Below, piece after piece: positions 40,906 to 54,141 of a DNA stretch of 64,000 bases. How positions within the stretch are numbered: position 1 is the stretch's first letter; each line of letters begins with the position of its first letter. The position numbers and the translations under genes are program-made. The notes below the pieces were generated by a model. That model had not been told where the DNA came from. It searched no databases and saw only the letters and a list, made by a program, of their open reading frames with translations. Origin of the DNA: the human T2T-CHM13v2.0 reference genome, Homo sapiens; assembly GCF_009914755.1 (NCBI RefSeq), contig NC_060941.1; one strand, written 5' to 3'.

Positions 40906-43900
40906 CATTCTCAGAAACTTCTTGGTGATGTTTGCATTCAAATCCCAGAGTTGAACCTTCCTGTGATAGTTCAGGTTTGAAACACTCTTTTTGTAGGATC
41001 TGCAAGTGGATATTTGGACCACTCTGTGGCCTTCGTTCCAAACGGGTACATCTTCACATAAAATCTAGACAGAAGACTTCTCAGAACCTTCTCTGTGATG
41101 ATTGCATTCAACTCACAGATTTGAACCCTCCTATGGATAGAACAGTGTTGAAACTCTCTTTTTGTGGAATCTGCAAGTGGATATGTGGACCTCTCCGAAG
41201 ATGTCTTTGGAAACGGGAATATCTTCACCTAAAAACTAAACAGAAGCATTCTCAGAAACTTCTCTGTGATGTTTGTGTTCAACTCCCAGAGTTTCACATT
41301 GCTTTTCATAGAGTAGTTCTGAAACATGCTTTTCGTAGTGTCTGCAAGTGGACATTTGGAGCGCTTTCAGGCCTGTGGTGGAAAACGAATTATGGTCCCA
41401 TAAAAACTGGAGAGAAGCATTGTCAGAAACTTCTTTGTGATGATTGCATTCAACTCACAGAGATGAAGGTTCCTTTACAAACAGCAGTTTCCAAACACTC
41501 TTTCTGTGGAATCTGCAAGTGGATATTTGGACCTCTTTGAAGATTTCGTTGGAAACGGGAGAATCTTCACAGAAAAGCTAAACAGAAGCATTCTCAGAAA
41601 CTTCTTTGTGATGCTTGCATTCAACTCACAGAGTTGAACTTTCCTTTCGAGAGAGAAGCTTTGAAACACTCTTTTTCCAGAATCTGCAAGTGGACATTTG
41701 GAGGACTTTGAGGCCTGTGGTGGAAAAGGAATTAACTTCCCGTAAAAGCTAGATAGAAGCATTCTCAGAAACTACTTTGTGATGATTGCATTCAAGTCAC
41801 AGAGTTGAACATTCCCTTTGACAGAGCAGTTTGGAAACTCTCTTTGTGTAGAATCTGCAAGTGGAGATATGGACCGCTTTGAGGCCTATGGTAGTAAAGG
41901 AAATAGCTTCATATAAAAGCTAGACAGTAGCATTCACAGAAAACTCTTGGTGACGACTGAGTTTAACTCACAGAGCTGAACATTCCTTTGGATGGAGCAG
42001 TTTCGAAACACACTATTTGTAGAATGTGCAAGTGGATATTTGGGCCTCTCTGAGGATTTCGTTGGAAACGGGATAAACCGCACAGAACTAAACAGAAGCA
42101 TTCTCAGAACCTTCTTCGTGATGTTTGCATTCAACTCACAGTGTTGAACCTTTCTTTGATAGTTCAGGTTTGAAACGGTCTTTCTGTAGAAACTGCAAGT
42201 AGATATTTGGACCTCTCTGAGGATTTCGTTGGAAACGGGATAACCCGCACAGAACTAAAACAGAAGCATTCTCAGAACCCTCTTCGTGATGTTTGCATTC
42301 AACTCACAGTGCTGAATCTTTCTTTGATAGTTCAGCTTTGAAACACTCTTCTTGTAGAAACTGCAAGTGGATATTTGGTCCTCTCTGAGGATTTCGTTGG
42401 AAACGGGATAAACCGCACAGAACTAAACAGAAGCATTCTCAGAACCTTCTTCGTGATGTCTGCATTCAACTCACAGTGTGGAACCTTTCTTTGATAGTTC
42501 AGGTTTGAAACACTCTTTTTGTAGAAACTGCAAGGGGATAATTGCACTTCTTTGAGGCCTACCGTAGTAAAGGAAATAACTTCCTATAGAAAGAAGACAC
42601 AAGCTTTCTCAGAAAATTCTTTGGGATGATTGAGTGGAACTCACAGAGCTGAACATTCCTTGCGATGTAGCAGTTTAGAAACACACTTTCTGCAGAATCT
42701 GCAAGTGCATATTTGGACCTCTCTGAGGAATTCGTTGGAAACGGGATAATTTCAGCTGACTAAACAGAAGCAGTCTCAGAATCTTCTTTGTGATGTTTGC
42801 ATTCAAATCCCAGAGTTGAACTTTCCTTTCAAAGTTTACGTTTGAAACACTCTTTTTGCAGGATCTACAAGTGGATATTTGGACCACTCTGTGTCCTTCG
42901 TTCGAAACGGGTATATCTTCACATGACATCTAGACAGAAGCATTCTCAGAAGCTTCTCTGTGATGACTGCATTCAACTCACGGAGTTGAACACTCCTTTT
43001 GAGAGCGCAGTTTTGAAACTCTCTTTCTGTGGCATCTGCAAGGGGACATGTAGACCTCTTTGAAGATTTCGTTGGAAACGGAATCATCTTCACATAAAAA
43101 CTATACAGATGCATTCTCAGGAACTTTTTGGTGATGTTTGTATTCAACTCCCAGAGTTGAACTTTCCTTTGGAAAGAGCAGCTATGAAACACTCTTTTTC
43201 TACAATCTGCAAGTGGACGTTTGGAGGGCTTTGTGGTTTGTGGTGGAAAAGGAAATATCTTCACCTAAATACTAGATAGAAGCATTCTCAGAAACTACTT
43301 TGTGATGATTGCATTCACCTCACAGAGTTGAACATTCCTATTGATAGAGCAGTTTGGAAACACTCTTGTTGTGGAATGTGCAAGTGGAGATTTGGAGCGC
43401 TTTGAGGCCTATGGTAGTAAAGGGAATAGCTTCATAGAAAAACTAGACAGAAGCATTCTCAGAAAATACTTTGTGATGATTGAGTTTAACTCACAGAGCT
43501 GAACATTCCTTTGGATGGAGCAGGTTTGAGACACACTTTTTGTAGAATCTACAAGTGGATATTTGGACCTCTCTGTGGATTTCGTTGGAAACGCGATAAC
43601 TGCACCTAACTAAACGGAAGCATTCTCAGAAACTTCTTGGTGATGTTTGCATTCAAATCCCAGAGTTGAACCTTCCTGTGATAGTTCAGGTTTGAAACAC
43701 TCTTTTTGTAGGATCTGCAAGTGGATATTTGGACCACTCTGTGGCCTTCGTTCCAAACGGGTACATCTTCACATAAAATCTAGACAGAAGACTTCTCAGA
43801 ACCTTCTCTGTGATGATTGCATTCAACTCACAGATTTGAACCCTCCTATGGATAGAACAGTGTTGAAACTCTCTTTTTGTGGAATCTGCAAGTGGATATG

Positions 43901-46900
43901 TGGACCTCTCCGAAGATGTCTTTGGAAACGGGAATATCTTCACCTAAAAACTAAACAGAAGCATTCTCAGAAACTTCTCTGTGATGTTTGTGTTCAACTC
44001 CCAGAGTTTCACATTGCTTTTCATAGAGTAGTTCTGAAACATGCTTTTCGTAGTGTCTGCAAGTGGACATTTGGAGCGCTTTCAGGCCTGTGGTGGAAAA
44101 CGAATTATGGTCCCATAAAAACTGGAGAGAAGCATTGTCAGAAACTTCTTTGTGATGATTGCATTCAACTCACGGAGATGAAGGTTCCTTTACAAACAGC
44201 AGTTTCCAAACACTCTTTCTGTGGAATCTGCAAGTGGATATTTGGACCTCTTTGAAGATTTCGTTGGAAACGGGAGAATCTTCACAGAAAAGCTAAACAG
44301 AAGCATTCTCAGAAACTTCTTTGTGATGCTTGCATTCAACTCACAGAGTTGAACTTTCCTTTCGAGAGAGAAGCTTTGAAACACTCTTTTTCCAGAATCT
44401 GCAAGTGGACATTTGGAGGGCTTTGAGGCCTGTGGTGGAAAAGGAATTAACTTCCCGTAAAAGCTAGATAGAAGCATTCTCAGAAACTACTTTGTGATGA
44501 TTGCATTCAAGTCACAGAGTTGAACATTCCCTTTGACAGAGCAGTTTGGAAACTCTCTTTGTGTAGAATCTGCAAGTGGAGATATGGACCGCTTTGAGGC
44601 CTATGGTAGTAAAGGAAATAGCTTCATATAAAAGCTAGACAGTAGCATTCACAGAAAACTCTTGGTGACGACTGAGTTTAACTCACAGAGCTGAACATTC
44701 CTTTGGATGGAGCAGTTTCGAAACACACTATTTGTAGAATGTGCAAGTGGATATTTGGGCCTCTCTGAGGATTTCGTTGGAAACGGGATAAACCGCACAG
44801 AACTAAACAGAAGCATTCTCAGAACCTTCTTCGTGATGTTTGCATTCAACTCACAGTGTTGAACCTTTCTTTGATAGTTCAGGTTTGAAACGGTCTTTCT
44901 GTAGAAACTGCAAGTAGATATTTGGACCTCTCTGAGGATTTCGTTGGAAACGGGATAACCCGCACAGAACTAAAACAGAAGCATTCTCAGAACCCTCTTC
45001 GTGATGTTTGCATTCAACTCACAGTGCTGAATCTTTCTTTGATAGTTCAGCTTTGAAACACTCTTCTTGTAGAAACTGCAAGTGGATATTTGGTCCTCTC
45101 TGAGGATTTCGTTGGAAACGGGATAAACCGCACAGAACTAAACAGAAGCATTCTCAGAACCTTCTTCGTGATGTCTGCATTCAACTCACAGTGTGGAACC
45201 TTTCTTTGATAGTTCAGGTTTGAAACACTCTTTTTGTAGAAACTGCAAGGGGATAATTGCACTTCTTTGAGGCCTACCGTAGTAAAGGAAATAACTTCCT
45301 ATAGAAAGAAGACAGAAGCTTTCTCAGAAAATTCTTTGGGATGATTGAGTGGAACTCACAGAGCTGAACATTCCTTGCGATGTAGCAGTTTAGAAACACA
45401 CTTTCTGCAGAATCTGCAAGTGCATATTTGGACCTCTCTGAGGAATTCGTTGGAAACGGGATAATTTCAGCTGACTAAACAGAAGCAGTCTCAGAATCTT
45501 CTTTGTGATGTTTGCATTCAAATCCCAGAGTTGAACTTTCCTTTCAAAGTTCACGTTTGAAACACTCTTTTTGCAGGATCTACAAGTGGATATTTGGACC
45601 ACTCTGTGTCCTTCGTTCGAAACGGGTATATCTTCACATGACATCTAGACAGAAGCATTCTCAGAAGCTTCTCTGTGATGACTGCATTCAACTCACGGAG
45701 TTGAACACTCCTTTTGAGAGCGCAGTTTTGAAACTCTCTTTCTGTGGCATCTGCAAGGGGACATGTAGACCTCTTTGAAGATTTCGTTGGAAACGGAATC
45801 ATCTTCACATAAAAACTATACAGATGCATTCTCAGGAACTTTTTGGTGATGTTTGTATTCAACTCCCAGAGTTGAACTTTCCTTTGGAAAGAGCAGCTAT
45901 GAAACACTCTTTTTCTAGAATCTGCAAGTGGACGTTTGGAGGGCTTTGTGGTTTGTGGTGGAAAAGGAAATATCTTCACCTAAATACTAGATAGAAGCAT
46001 TCTCAGAAACTACTTTGTGATGATTGCATTCACCTCACAGAGTTGAACATTCCTATTGATAGAGCAGTTTGGAAACACTCTTGTTGTGGAATGTGCAAGT
46101 GGAGATTTGGAGCGCTTTGAGGCCTATGGTAGTAAAGGGAATAGCTTCATAGAAAAACTAGACAGAAGCATTCTCAGAAAATACTTTGTGATGATTGAGT
46201 TTAACTCACAGAGCTGAACATTCCTTTGGATGGAGCAGGTTTGAGACACACTTTTTGTAGAATCTACAAGTGGATATTTGGACCTCTCTGAGGATTTCGT
46301 TGGAAACGCGATAACTGCACCTAACTAAACGGAAGCATTCTCAGAAACTTCTTGGTGATGTTTGCATTCAAATCCCAGAGTTGAACCTTCCTGTGATAGT
46401 TCAGGTTTGAAACACTCTTTTTGTAGGATCTGCAAGTGGATATTTGGACCACTCTGTGGCCTTCGTTCCAAACGGGTACATCTTCACATAAAATCTAGAC
46501 AGAAGACTTCCCAGAACCTTCTCTGTGATGATTGCATTCAACTCACAGATTTGAACCCTCCTATGGATAGAACAGTGTTGAAACTCTCTTTTTGAGGAAT
46601 CTGCAAGTGGATATGTGGACCTCTCCGAAGATGTCTTTGGAAACGGGAATATCTTCACCTAAAAACTAAACAGAAGCATTCTCAGAAACTTCTCTGTGAT
46701 GTTTGTGTTCAACTCCCAGAGTTTCACATTGCTTTTCATAGAGTAGTTCTGAAACATGCTTTTCGTAGTGTCTGCAAGTGGACATTTGGAGCGCTTTCAG
46801 GCCTGTGGTGGAAAACGAATTATGGTCCCATAAAAACTGGAGAGAAGCATTGTCAGAAACTTCTTTGTGATGATTGCATTCAACTCACAGAGATGAAGGT

Positions 46901-49049
46901 TCCTTTACAAACAGCAGTTTCCAAACACTCTTTCTGTGGAATCTGCAAGTGGATATTTGGACCTCTTTGAAGATTTCGTTGGAAACGGGAGAATCTTCAC
47001 AGAAAAGCTAAACAGAAGCATTCTCAGAAACTTCTTTGTGATGCTTGCATTCAACTCACAGAGTTGAACTTTCCTTTCGAGAGAGAAGCTTTGAAACACT
47101 CTTTTTCCAGAATCTGCAAGTGGACATTTGGAGGGCTTTGAGGCCTGTGGTGGAAAAGGAATTAACTTCCCGTAAAAGCTAGATAGAAGCATTTTCAGAA
47201 ACTACTTTGTGATGATTGCATTCAAGTCACAGAGTTGAACATTCCCTTTGACAGAGCAGTTTGGAAACTCTCTTTGTGTAGAATCTGCAAGTGGAGATAT
47301 GGACCGCTTTGAGGCCTATGGTAGTAAAGGAAATAGCTTCATATAAAAGCTAGACAGTAGCATTCACAGAAAACTCTTGGTGACGACTGAGTTTAACTCA
47401 CAGAGCTGAACTTTCCTTTGGATGGAGCAGTTTCGAAACACACTATTTGTAGAATGTGCAAGTGGATATTTGGGCCTCTCTGAGGATTTCGTTGGAAACG
47501 GGATAAACCGCACAGAACTAAACAGAAGCATTCTCAGAACCTTCTTCGTGATGTTTGCATTCAACTCACAGTGTTGAACCTTTCTTTGATAGTTCAGGTT
47601 TGAAACGGTCTTTCTGTAGAAACTGCAAGTAGATATTTGGACCTCTCTGAGGATTTCGTTGGAAACGGGATAACCCGCACAGAACTAAAACAGAAGCATT
47701 CTCAGAACCCTCTTCGTGATGTTTGCATTCAACTCACAGTGCTGAATCTTTCTTTGATAGTTCAGCTTTGAAACACTCTTCTTGTAGAAACTGCAAGTGG
47801 ATATTTGGTCCTCTCTGAGGATTTCGTTGGAAACGGGATAAACCGCACAGAACTAAACAGAAGCATTCTCAGAACCTTCTTCGTGATGTCTGCATTCAAC
47901 TCACAGTGTGGAACCTTTCTTTGATAGTTCAGGTTTGAAACACTCTTTTTGTAGAAACTGCAAGGGGATAATTGCACTTCTTTGAGGCCTACCGTAGTAA
48001 AGGAAATAACTTCCTATAGAAAGAAGACAGAAGCTTTCTCAGAAAATTCTTTGGGATGATTGAGTGGAACTCACAGAGCTGAACATTCCTTGCGATGTAG
48101 CAGTTTAGAAACACACTTTCTGCAGAATCTGCAAGTGCATATTTGGACCTCTCTGAGGAATTCGTTGGAAACGGGATAATTTCAGCTGACTAAACAGAAG
48201 CAGTCTCAGAATCTTCTTTGTGATGTTTGCATTCAAATCCCAGAGTTGAACTTTCCTTTCAAAGTTCACGTTTGAAACACTCTTTTTGCAGGATCTACAA
48301 GTGGATATTTGGACCACTCTGTGTCCTTCGTTCGAAACGGGTATATCTTCACATGACATCTAGACAGAAGCATTCTCAGAAGCTTCTCTGTGATGACTGC
48401 ATTCAACTACGGAGTTGAACACTCCTTTTGAGAGCGCAGTTTTGAAACTCTCTTTCTGTGGCATCTGCAAGGGGACATGTAGACCTCTTTGAAGATTTCG
48501 TTGGAAACGGAATCATCTTCACATAAAAACTATACAGATGCATTCTCAGGAACTTTTTGGTGATGTTTGTATTCAACTCCCAGAGTTGAACTTTCCTTTG
48601 GAAAGAGCAGCTATGAAACACTCTTTTTCTAGAATCTGCAAGTGGACGTTTGGAGGGCTTTGTGGTTTGTGGTGGAAAAGGAAATATCTTCACTTAAATA
48701 CTAGATAGAAGCATTCTCAGAAACTACTTTGTGATGATTGCATTCACCTCACAGAGTTGAACATTCCTATTGATAGAGCAGTTTGGAAACACTCTTGTTG
48801 TGGAATGTGCAAGTGGAGATTTGGAGCGCTTTGAGGCCTATGGTAGTAAAGGGAATAGCTTCATAGAAAAACTAGACAGAAGCATTCTCAGAAAATACTT
48901 TGTGATGATTGAGTTTAACTCACAGAGCTGAACATTCCTTTGGATGGAGCAGGTTTGAGACACACTTTTTGTAGAATCTACAAGTGGATATTTGGACCTC
49001 TCTGAGGATTTCGTTGGAAACGGGATAACTGCACCTAACTAAACGGAAG

Positions 49050-51426
49050 CATTCTCAGAAACTTCTTGGTGATGTTTGCATTCAAATCCCAGAGTTGAAC
49101 CTTCCTGTGATAGTTCAGGTTTGAAACACTCTTTTTGTAGGATCTGCAAGTGGATATTTGGACCACTCTGTGGCCTTCGTTCCAAACGGGTACATCTTCA
49201 CATAAAATCTAGACAGAAGACTTCTCAGAAACTTCTCTGTGATGATTGCATTCAACTCACAGATTTGAACCCTCCTATGGATAGAACAGTGTTGAAACTC
49301 TCTTTTTGTGGAATCTGCAAGTGGATATGTGGACCTCTCCGAAGATGTCTTTGGAAACGGGAATATCTTCACATAAAAACTAAACAGAAGCATTCTCAGA
49401 AACTTCTCTGTGATGTTTGTGTTCAACTCCCAGAGTTTCACATTGCTTTTGATAGAGTAGTTCTGAAACATGCTTTTCGTAGTGTCTGCAAGTGGACATT
49501 TGGAGCGCTTTCAGGCCTGTGGTGGAAAACGAATTATGGTCCCATAAAAACTGGAGAGAAGCATTGTCAGAAACTTCTTTGTGATGATTGCATTCAACTC
49601 ACAGAGATGAAGGTTCCTTTACAAACAGCAGTTTCCAAACACTCTTTCTGTGGAATCTGCAAGTGGATATTTGGACCTCTTTGAAGATTTCGTTGGAAAC
49701 GGGAGAATCTTCACAGAAAAGCTAAACAGAAGCATTCTCAGAAACTTCTTTGTGATGCTTGCATTCAACTCACAGAGTTGAACTTTCCTTTCGAGAGAGA
49801 AGCTTTGAAACACTCTTTTTCCAGAATCTGCAAGTGGACATTTGGAGGGCTTTGAGGCCTGTGGTGGAAAAGGAATTAACTTCCCGTAAAAGCTAGATAG
49901 AAGCATTCTCAGAAACTACTTTGTGATGATTGCATTCAAGTCACAGAGTTGAACATTCCCTTTGACAGAGCAGTTTGGAAACTCTCTTTGTGTAGAATCT
50001 GCAAGTGGAGATATGGACCGCTTTGAGGCCTATGGTAGTAAAGGAAATAGCTTTATATAAAAGCTAGACAGTAGCATTCACAGAAAACTCTTGGTGACGA
50101 CTGAGTTTAACTCACAGAGCTGAACATTCCTTTGGATGGAGCAGTTTCGAAACACACTATTTGTAGAATGTGCAAGTGGATATTTGGGCCTCTCTGAGGA
50201 TTTCGTTGGAAACGGGATAAACCGCACAGAACTAAACAGAAGCATTCTCAGAACCTTCTTCGTGATGTTTGCATTCAACTCACAGTGTTGAACCTTTCTT
50301 TGATAGTTCAGGTTTGAAACGGTCTTTCTGTAGAAACTGCAAGTAGATATTTGGACCTCTCTGAGGATTTCGTTGGAAACGGGATAACCCGCACAGAACT
50401 AAAACAGAAGCATTCTCAGAACCCTCTTCGTGATGTTTGCATTCAACTCACAGTGCTGAACCTTTCTTTGATAGTTCAGCTTTGAAACACTCTTCTTGTA
50501 GAAACTGCAAGTGGATATTTGGTCCTCTCTGAGGATTTCGTTGGAAACGGGATAAACCGCACAGAACTAAACAGAAGCATTCTCAGAACCTTCTTCGTGA
50601 TGTCTGCATTCAACTCACAGTGTGGAACCTTTCCTTGTTAGTTCAGGTTTGAAACACTCTTTTTGTAGAAACTGCAAGGGGATAATTGCACTTCTTTGAG
50701 GCCTACCGTAGTAAAGGAAATAACTTCCTATAGAAAGAAGACAGAAGCTTTCTCAGAAAATTCTTTGGGATGATTGAGTGGAACTCACAGAGCTGAACAT
50801 TCCTTGCGATGTAGCAGTTTAGAAACACACTTTCTGCAGAATCTGCAAGTGCATATTTGGACCTCTCTGAGGAATTCGTTGGAAACGGGATAATTTCAGC
50901 TGACTAAACAGAAGCAGTCTCAGAATCTTCTTTGTGATGTTTGCATTCAAATCCCAGAGTTGAACTTTCCTTTCAAAGTTCACGTTTGAAACACTCTTTT
51001 TGCAGGATCTACAAGTGGATATTTGGACCACTCTGTGTCCTTCGTTCGAAACGGGTATATCTTCACATGACATCTAGACAGAAGCATTCTCAGAAGCTTC
51101 TCTGTGATGACTGCATTCAACTCACGGAGTTGAACACTCCTTTTGAGAGCGCAGTTTTGAAACTCTCTTTCTGTGGCATCTGCAAGGGGACATGTAGACC
51201 TCTTTGAAGATTTCGTTGGAAACGGAATCATCTTCACATAAAAACTATACAGATGCATTCTCAGGAACTTTTTGGTGATGTTTGTATTGAACTCGCAGAG
51301 TTGAACTATCCTTTGGAAAGAGCAGCTATGAAACACTCTTTTTCTAGAATCTGCAAGTGGACGTTTGGAGGGCTTTGTGGTTTGTGGTGGAAAAGGAAAT
51401 ATCTTCACCTAAATACTAGATAGAAG
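49050..51426 (+). repeat. 14-mer variant HOR (2377 bp)
   Basis: Two monomers (171+167=338 bp) are missing. TACTAGATAGAAGCATTCTCAGAAACT runs directly into TCTTGGTGATG at ~51423-51440. Confidence 0.94.
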
Positions 51427-54141
51427 CATTCTCAGAAACTTCTTGGTGATGTTTGCATTCAAATCCCAGAGTTGAACCTTCCTTTGATAGTTCAGGTTTG
51501 AAACACTCTTTTTGTAGGATCTGCAAGTGGATATTTGGACCACTCTGTGGCCTTCGTTCGAAACGGGTACATCTTCACATAAAATCTAGACAGAAGCCTT
51601 CTCAGAAACTTCTCTGTGATGATTGCATTCAACTCACAGAGTTGAACCCTCCTATGGATAGAGCATTGTTGAAACTCTCTTTTTGTGGAATCTGCAAGTG
51701 GATATGTGGACCTCTCCGAAGATGTCTTTGGAAACGGGAATATCTTCACATAAAAACTAAACAGAAGCATTCTCAGAAACTTCTCTGTGATGTTTGTGTT
51801 CAACTCCCAGAGTTTCACATTGCTTTTCATAGAGTAGTTCTGAAACATGCTTTTCGTAGTGTCTGCAAGTGGACATTTGGAGCGCTTTCAGGCCTGTGGT
51901 GGAAAACGAATTATGGTCCCATAAAAACTGGAGAGAAGCATTGTCAGAAACTTCTTTGTGACGATTGCATTCAACTCACAGAGATGAAGGTTCCTTTACA
52001 AACAGCAGTTTCCAAACACTCTTTCTGTGGAATCTGCAAGTGGATATTTGGACCTCTTTGAAGATTTCGTTGGAAACGGGAGAATCTTCACAGAAAAGCT
52101 AAACAGAAGCATTCTCAGAAACTTCTTTGTGATGCTTGCATTCAACTCACAGAGTTGAACTTTCCTTTCGAGAGAGAAGCTTTGAAACACTCTTTTTCCA
52201 GAATCTGCAAGTGGACATTTGGAGGGCTTTGAGGCCTGTGGTGGAAAAGGAATTAACTTCCCGTAAAAGCTAGATAGAAGCATTCTCAGAAACTACTTTG
52301 TGATGATTGCATTCAAGTCACAGAGTTGAACATTCCCTTTGACAGAGCAGTTTGGAAACTCTCTTTGTGTAGAATCTGCAAGTGGAGATATGGACCGCTT
52401 TGAGGCCTATGCTAGTAAAGGAAATAGCTTCATATAAAAGCTAGACAGTAGCATTCACAGAAAACTCTTGGTGACGACTGAGTTTAACTCACAGAGCTGA
52501 ACATTCCTTTGGATGGAGCAGTTTCGAAACACACTATTTGTAGAATGTGCAAGTGTATATTTGGACCTCTCTGAGGATTTCGTTGGAAACGGGATAAACC
52601 GCACAGAACTAAACAGAAGCATTCTCAGAACCTTCTTCGTGATGTTTGCATTCAACTCACAGTGCTGAACCTTTCTTTGATAGTTCAGGTTTGAAACGGT
52701 CTTTCTGTAGAAACTGCAAGTAGATATTTGGACCTCTCTGAGGATTTCGTTGGAAACGGGATAAACCGCACAGAACTAAAACAGAAGCATTCTCAGAACC
52801 CTCTTCGTGGTGTTTGCATTCAACTCACAGTGCTGAACCTCTCTTTGATAGTTCAGCTTTGAAACACTCTTCTTGTAGAAACTGCAAGTGGATATTTGGT
52901 CCTCTCTGAGGATTTCCTTGGAAAAGGGATAAACCGCACAGAACTAAACAGAAGCATTCTCAGAACCTTCTTCGTGATGTCTGCATTCAACTCACAGTGT
53001 GGAACCTTTCTTTGATAGTTCAGGTTTGAAACACTCTTTTTGTAGAAACTGCAAGGGGATATTTGCACTTCTTTGAGGCCTACCGTAGTAAAGGAAATAA
53101 CTTCCTATAGAAAGAAGACAGAAGCTTTCTCAGAAAATTCTTTGGGATGATTGAGTGGAACTCACAGAGCTGAACATTCCTTGCGATGTAGCAGTTTAGA
53201 AACACACTTTCTGCAGAATCTGCAAGTGCATATTTGGACCTCTCCGAGGAATTCGTTGGAAACGGGATAATTTCAGCTGACTAAACAGAAGCAGTCTCAG
53301 AATCTTCTTTGTGATGTTTGCATTCAAATCCCAGAGTTGAACTTTCCTTTCAAAGTTCACGTTTGAAACACTCTTTTTGCAGGATCTACAAGTGGATATT
53401 TGGACCACTCTGTGTCCTTCGTTCGAAACGGGTATATCTTCACACGACATCTAGACAGAAGCATCCTCAGAAGCTTCTCTGTGATGACTGCATTCAACTC
53501 ACGGAGTTGAACACTCCTTTTGAGAGCGCAGTTTTGAAACTCTCTTTCTGTGGCATCTGCAAGGGGACATGTAGACCTCTTTGAAGATTTCGTTGGAAAC
53601 GGAATCATCTTCACATAAAAACTATACAGATGCATTCTCAGGAACTTTTTGGTGATGTTTGTATTCAACTCCCAGAGTTGAACTTTCCTTTGGAAAGAGC
53701 AGCTATGAAACACTCTTTTTCTAGAATCTGCAAGTGGACGTTTGGAGGGCTTTGTGGTTTGTGGTGGAAAAGGAAATATCTTCACCTAAATACTAGATAG
53801 AAGCATTCTCAGAAACTGCTTTGTGATGATTGCATTCACCTCACAGAGTTGAACATTCCTATTGATAGAGCAGTTTGGAAACACTCTTGTTGTGGAATGT
53901 GCAAGTGGAGACTTGGAGCGTTTTGAGGCCTATGGTAGTAAAGGGAATAGCTTCATAGAAAAACTAGACAGAAGCATTCTCAGAAAATACTTTGTGATGA
54001 TTGAGTTTAACTCACAGAGCTGAACATTCCTTTGGATGGAGCAGGTTTGAGACACACTTTTTGTAGAAACTACAAGTGGATATTTGGACCTCTCTGAGGA
54101 TTTCGTTGGAAACGCGATAACTGCACCTAATTAAACGGAAG

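Noticed and set aside
48401-48415. Private 1-bp deletion (CAACTACGG versus CAACTCACGG) giving a 2714-bp unit
   Set aside because: A singleton that cannot be distinguished from a sequencing or assembly error.
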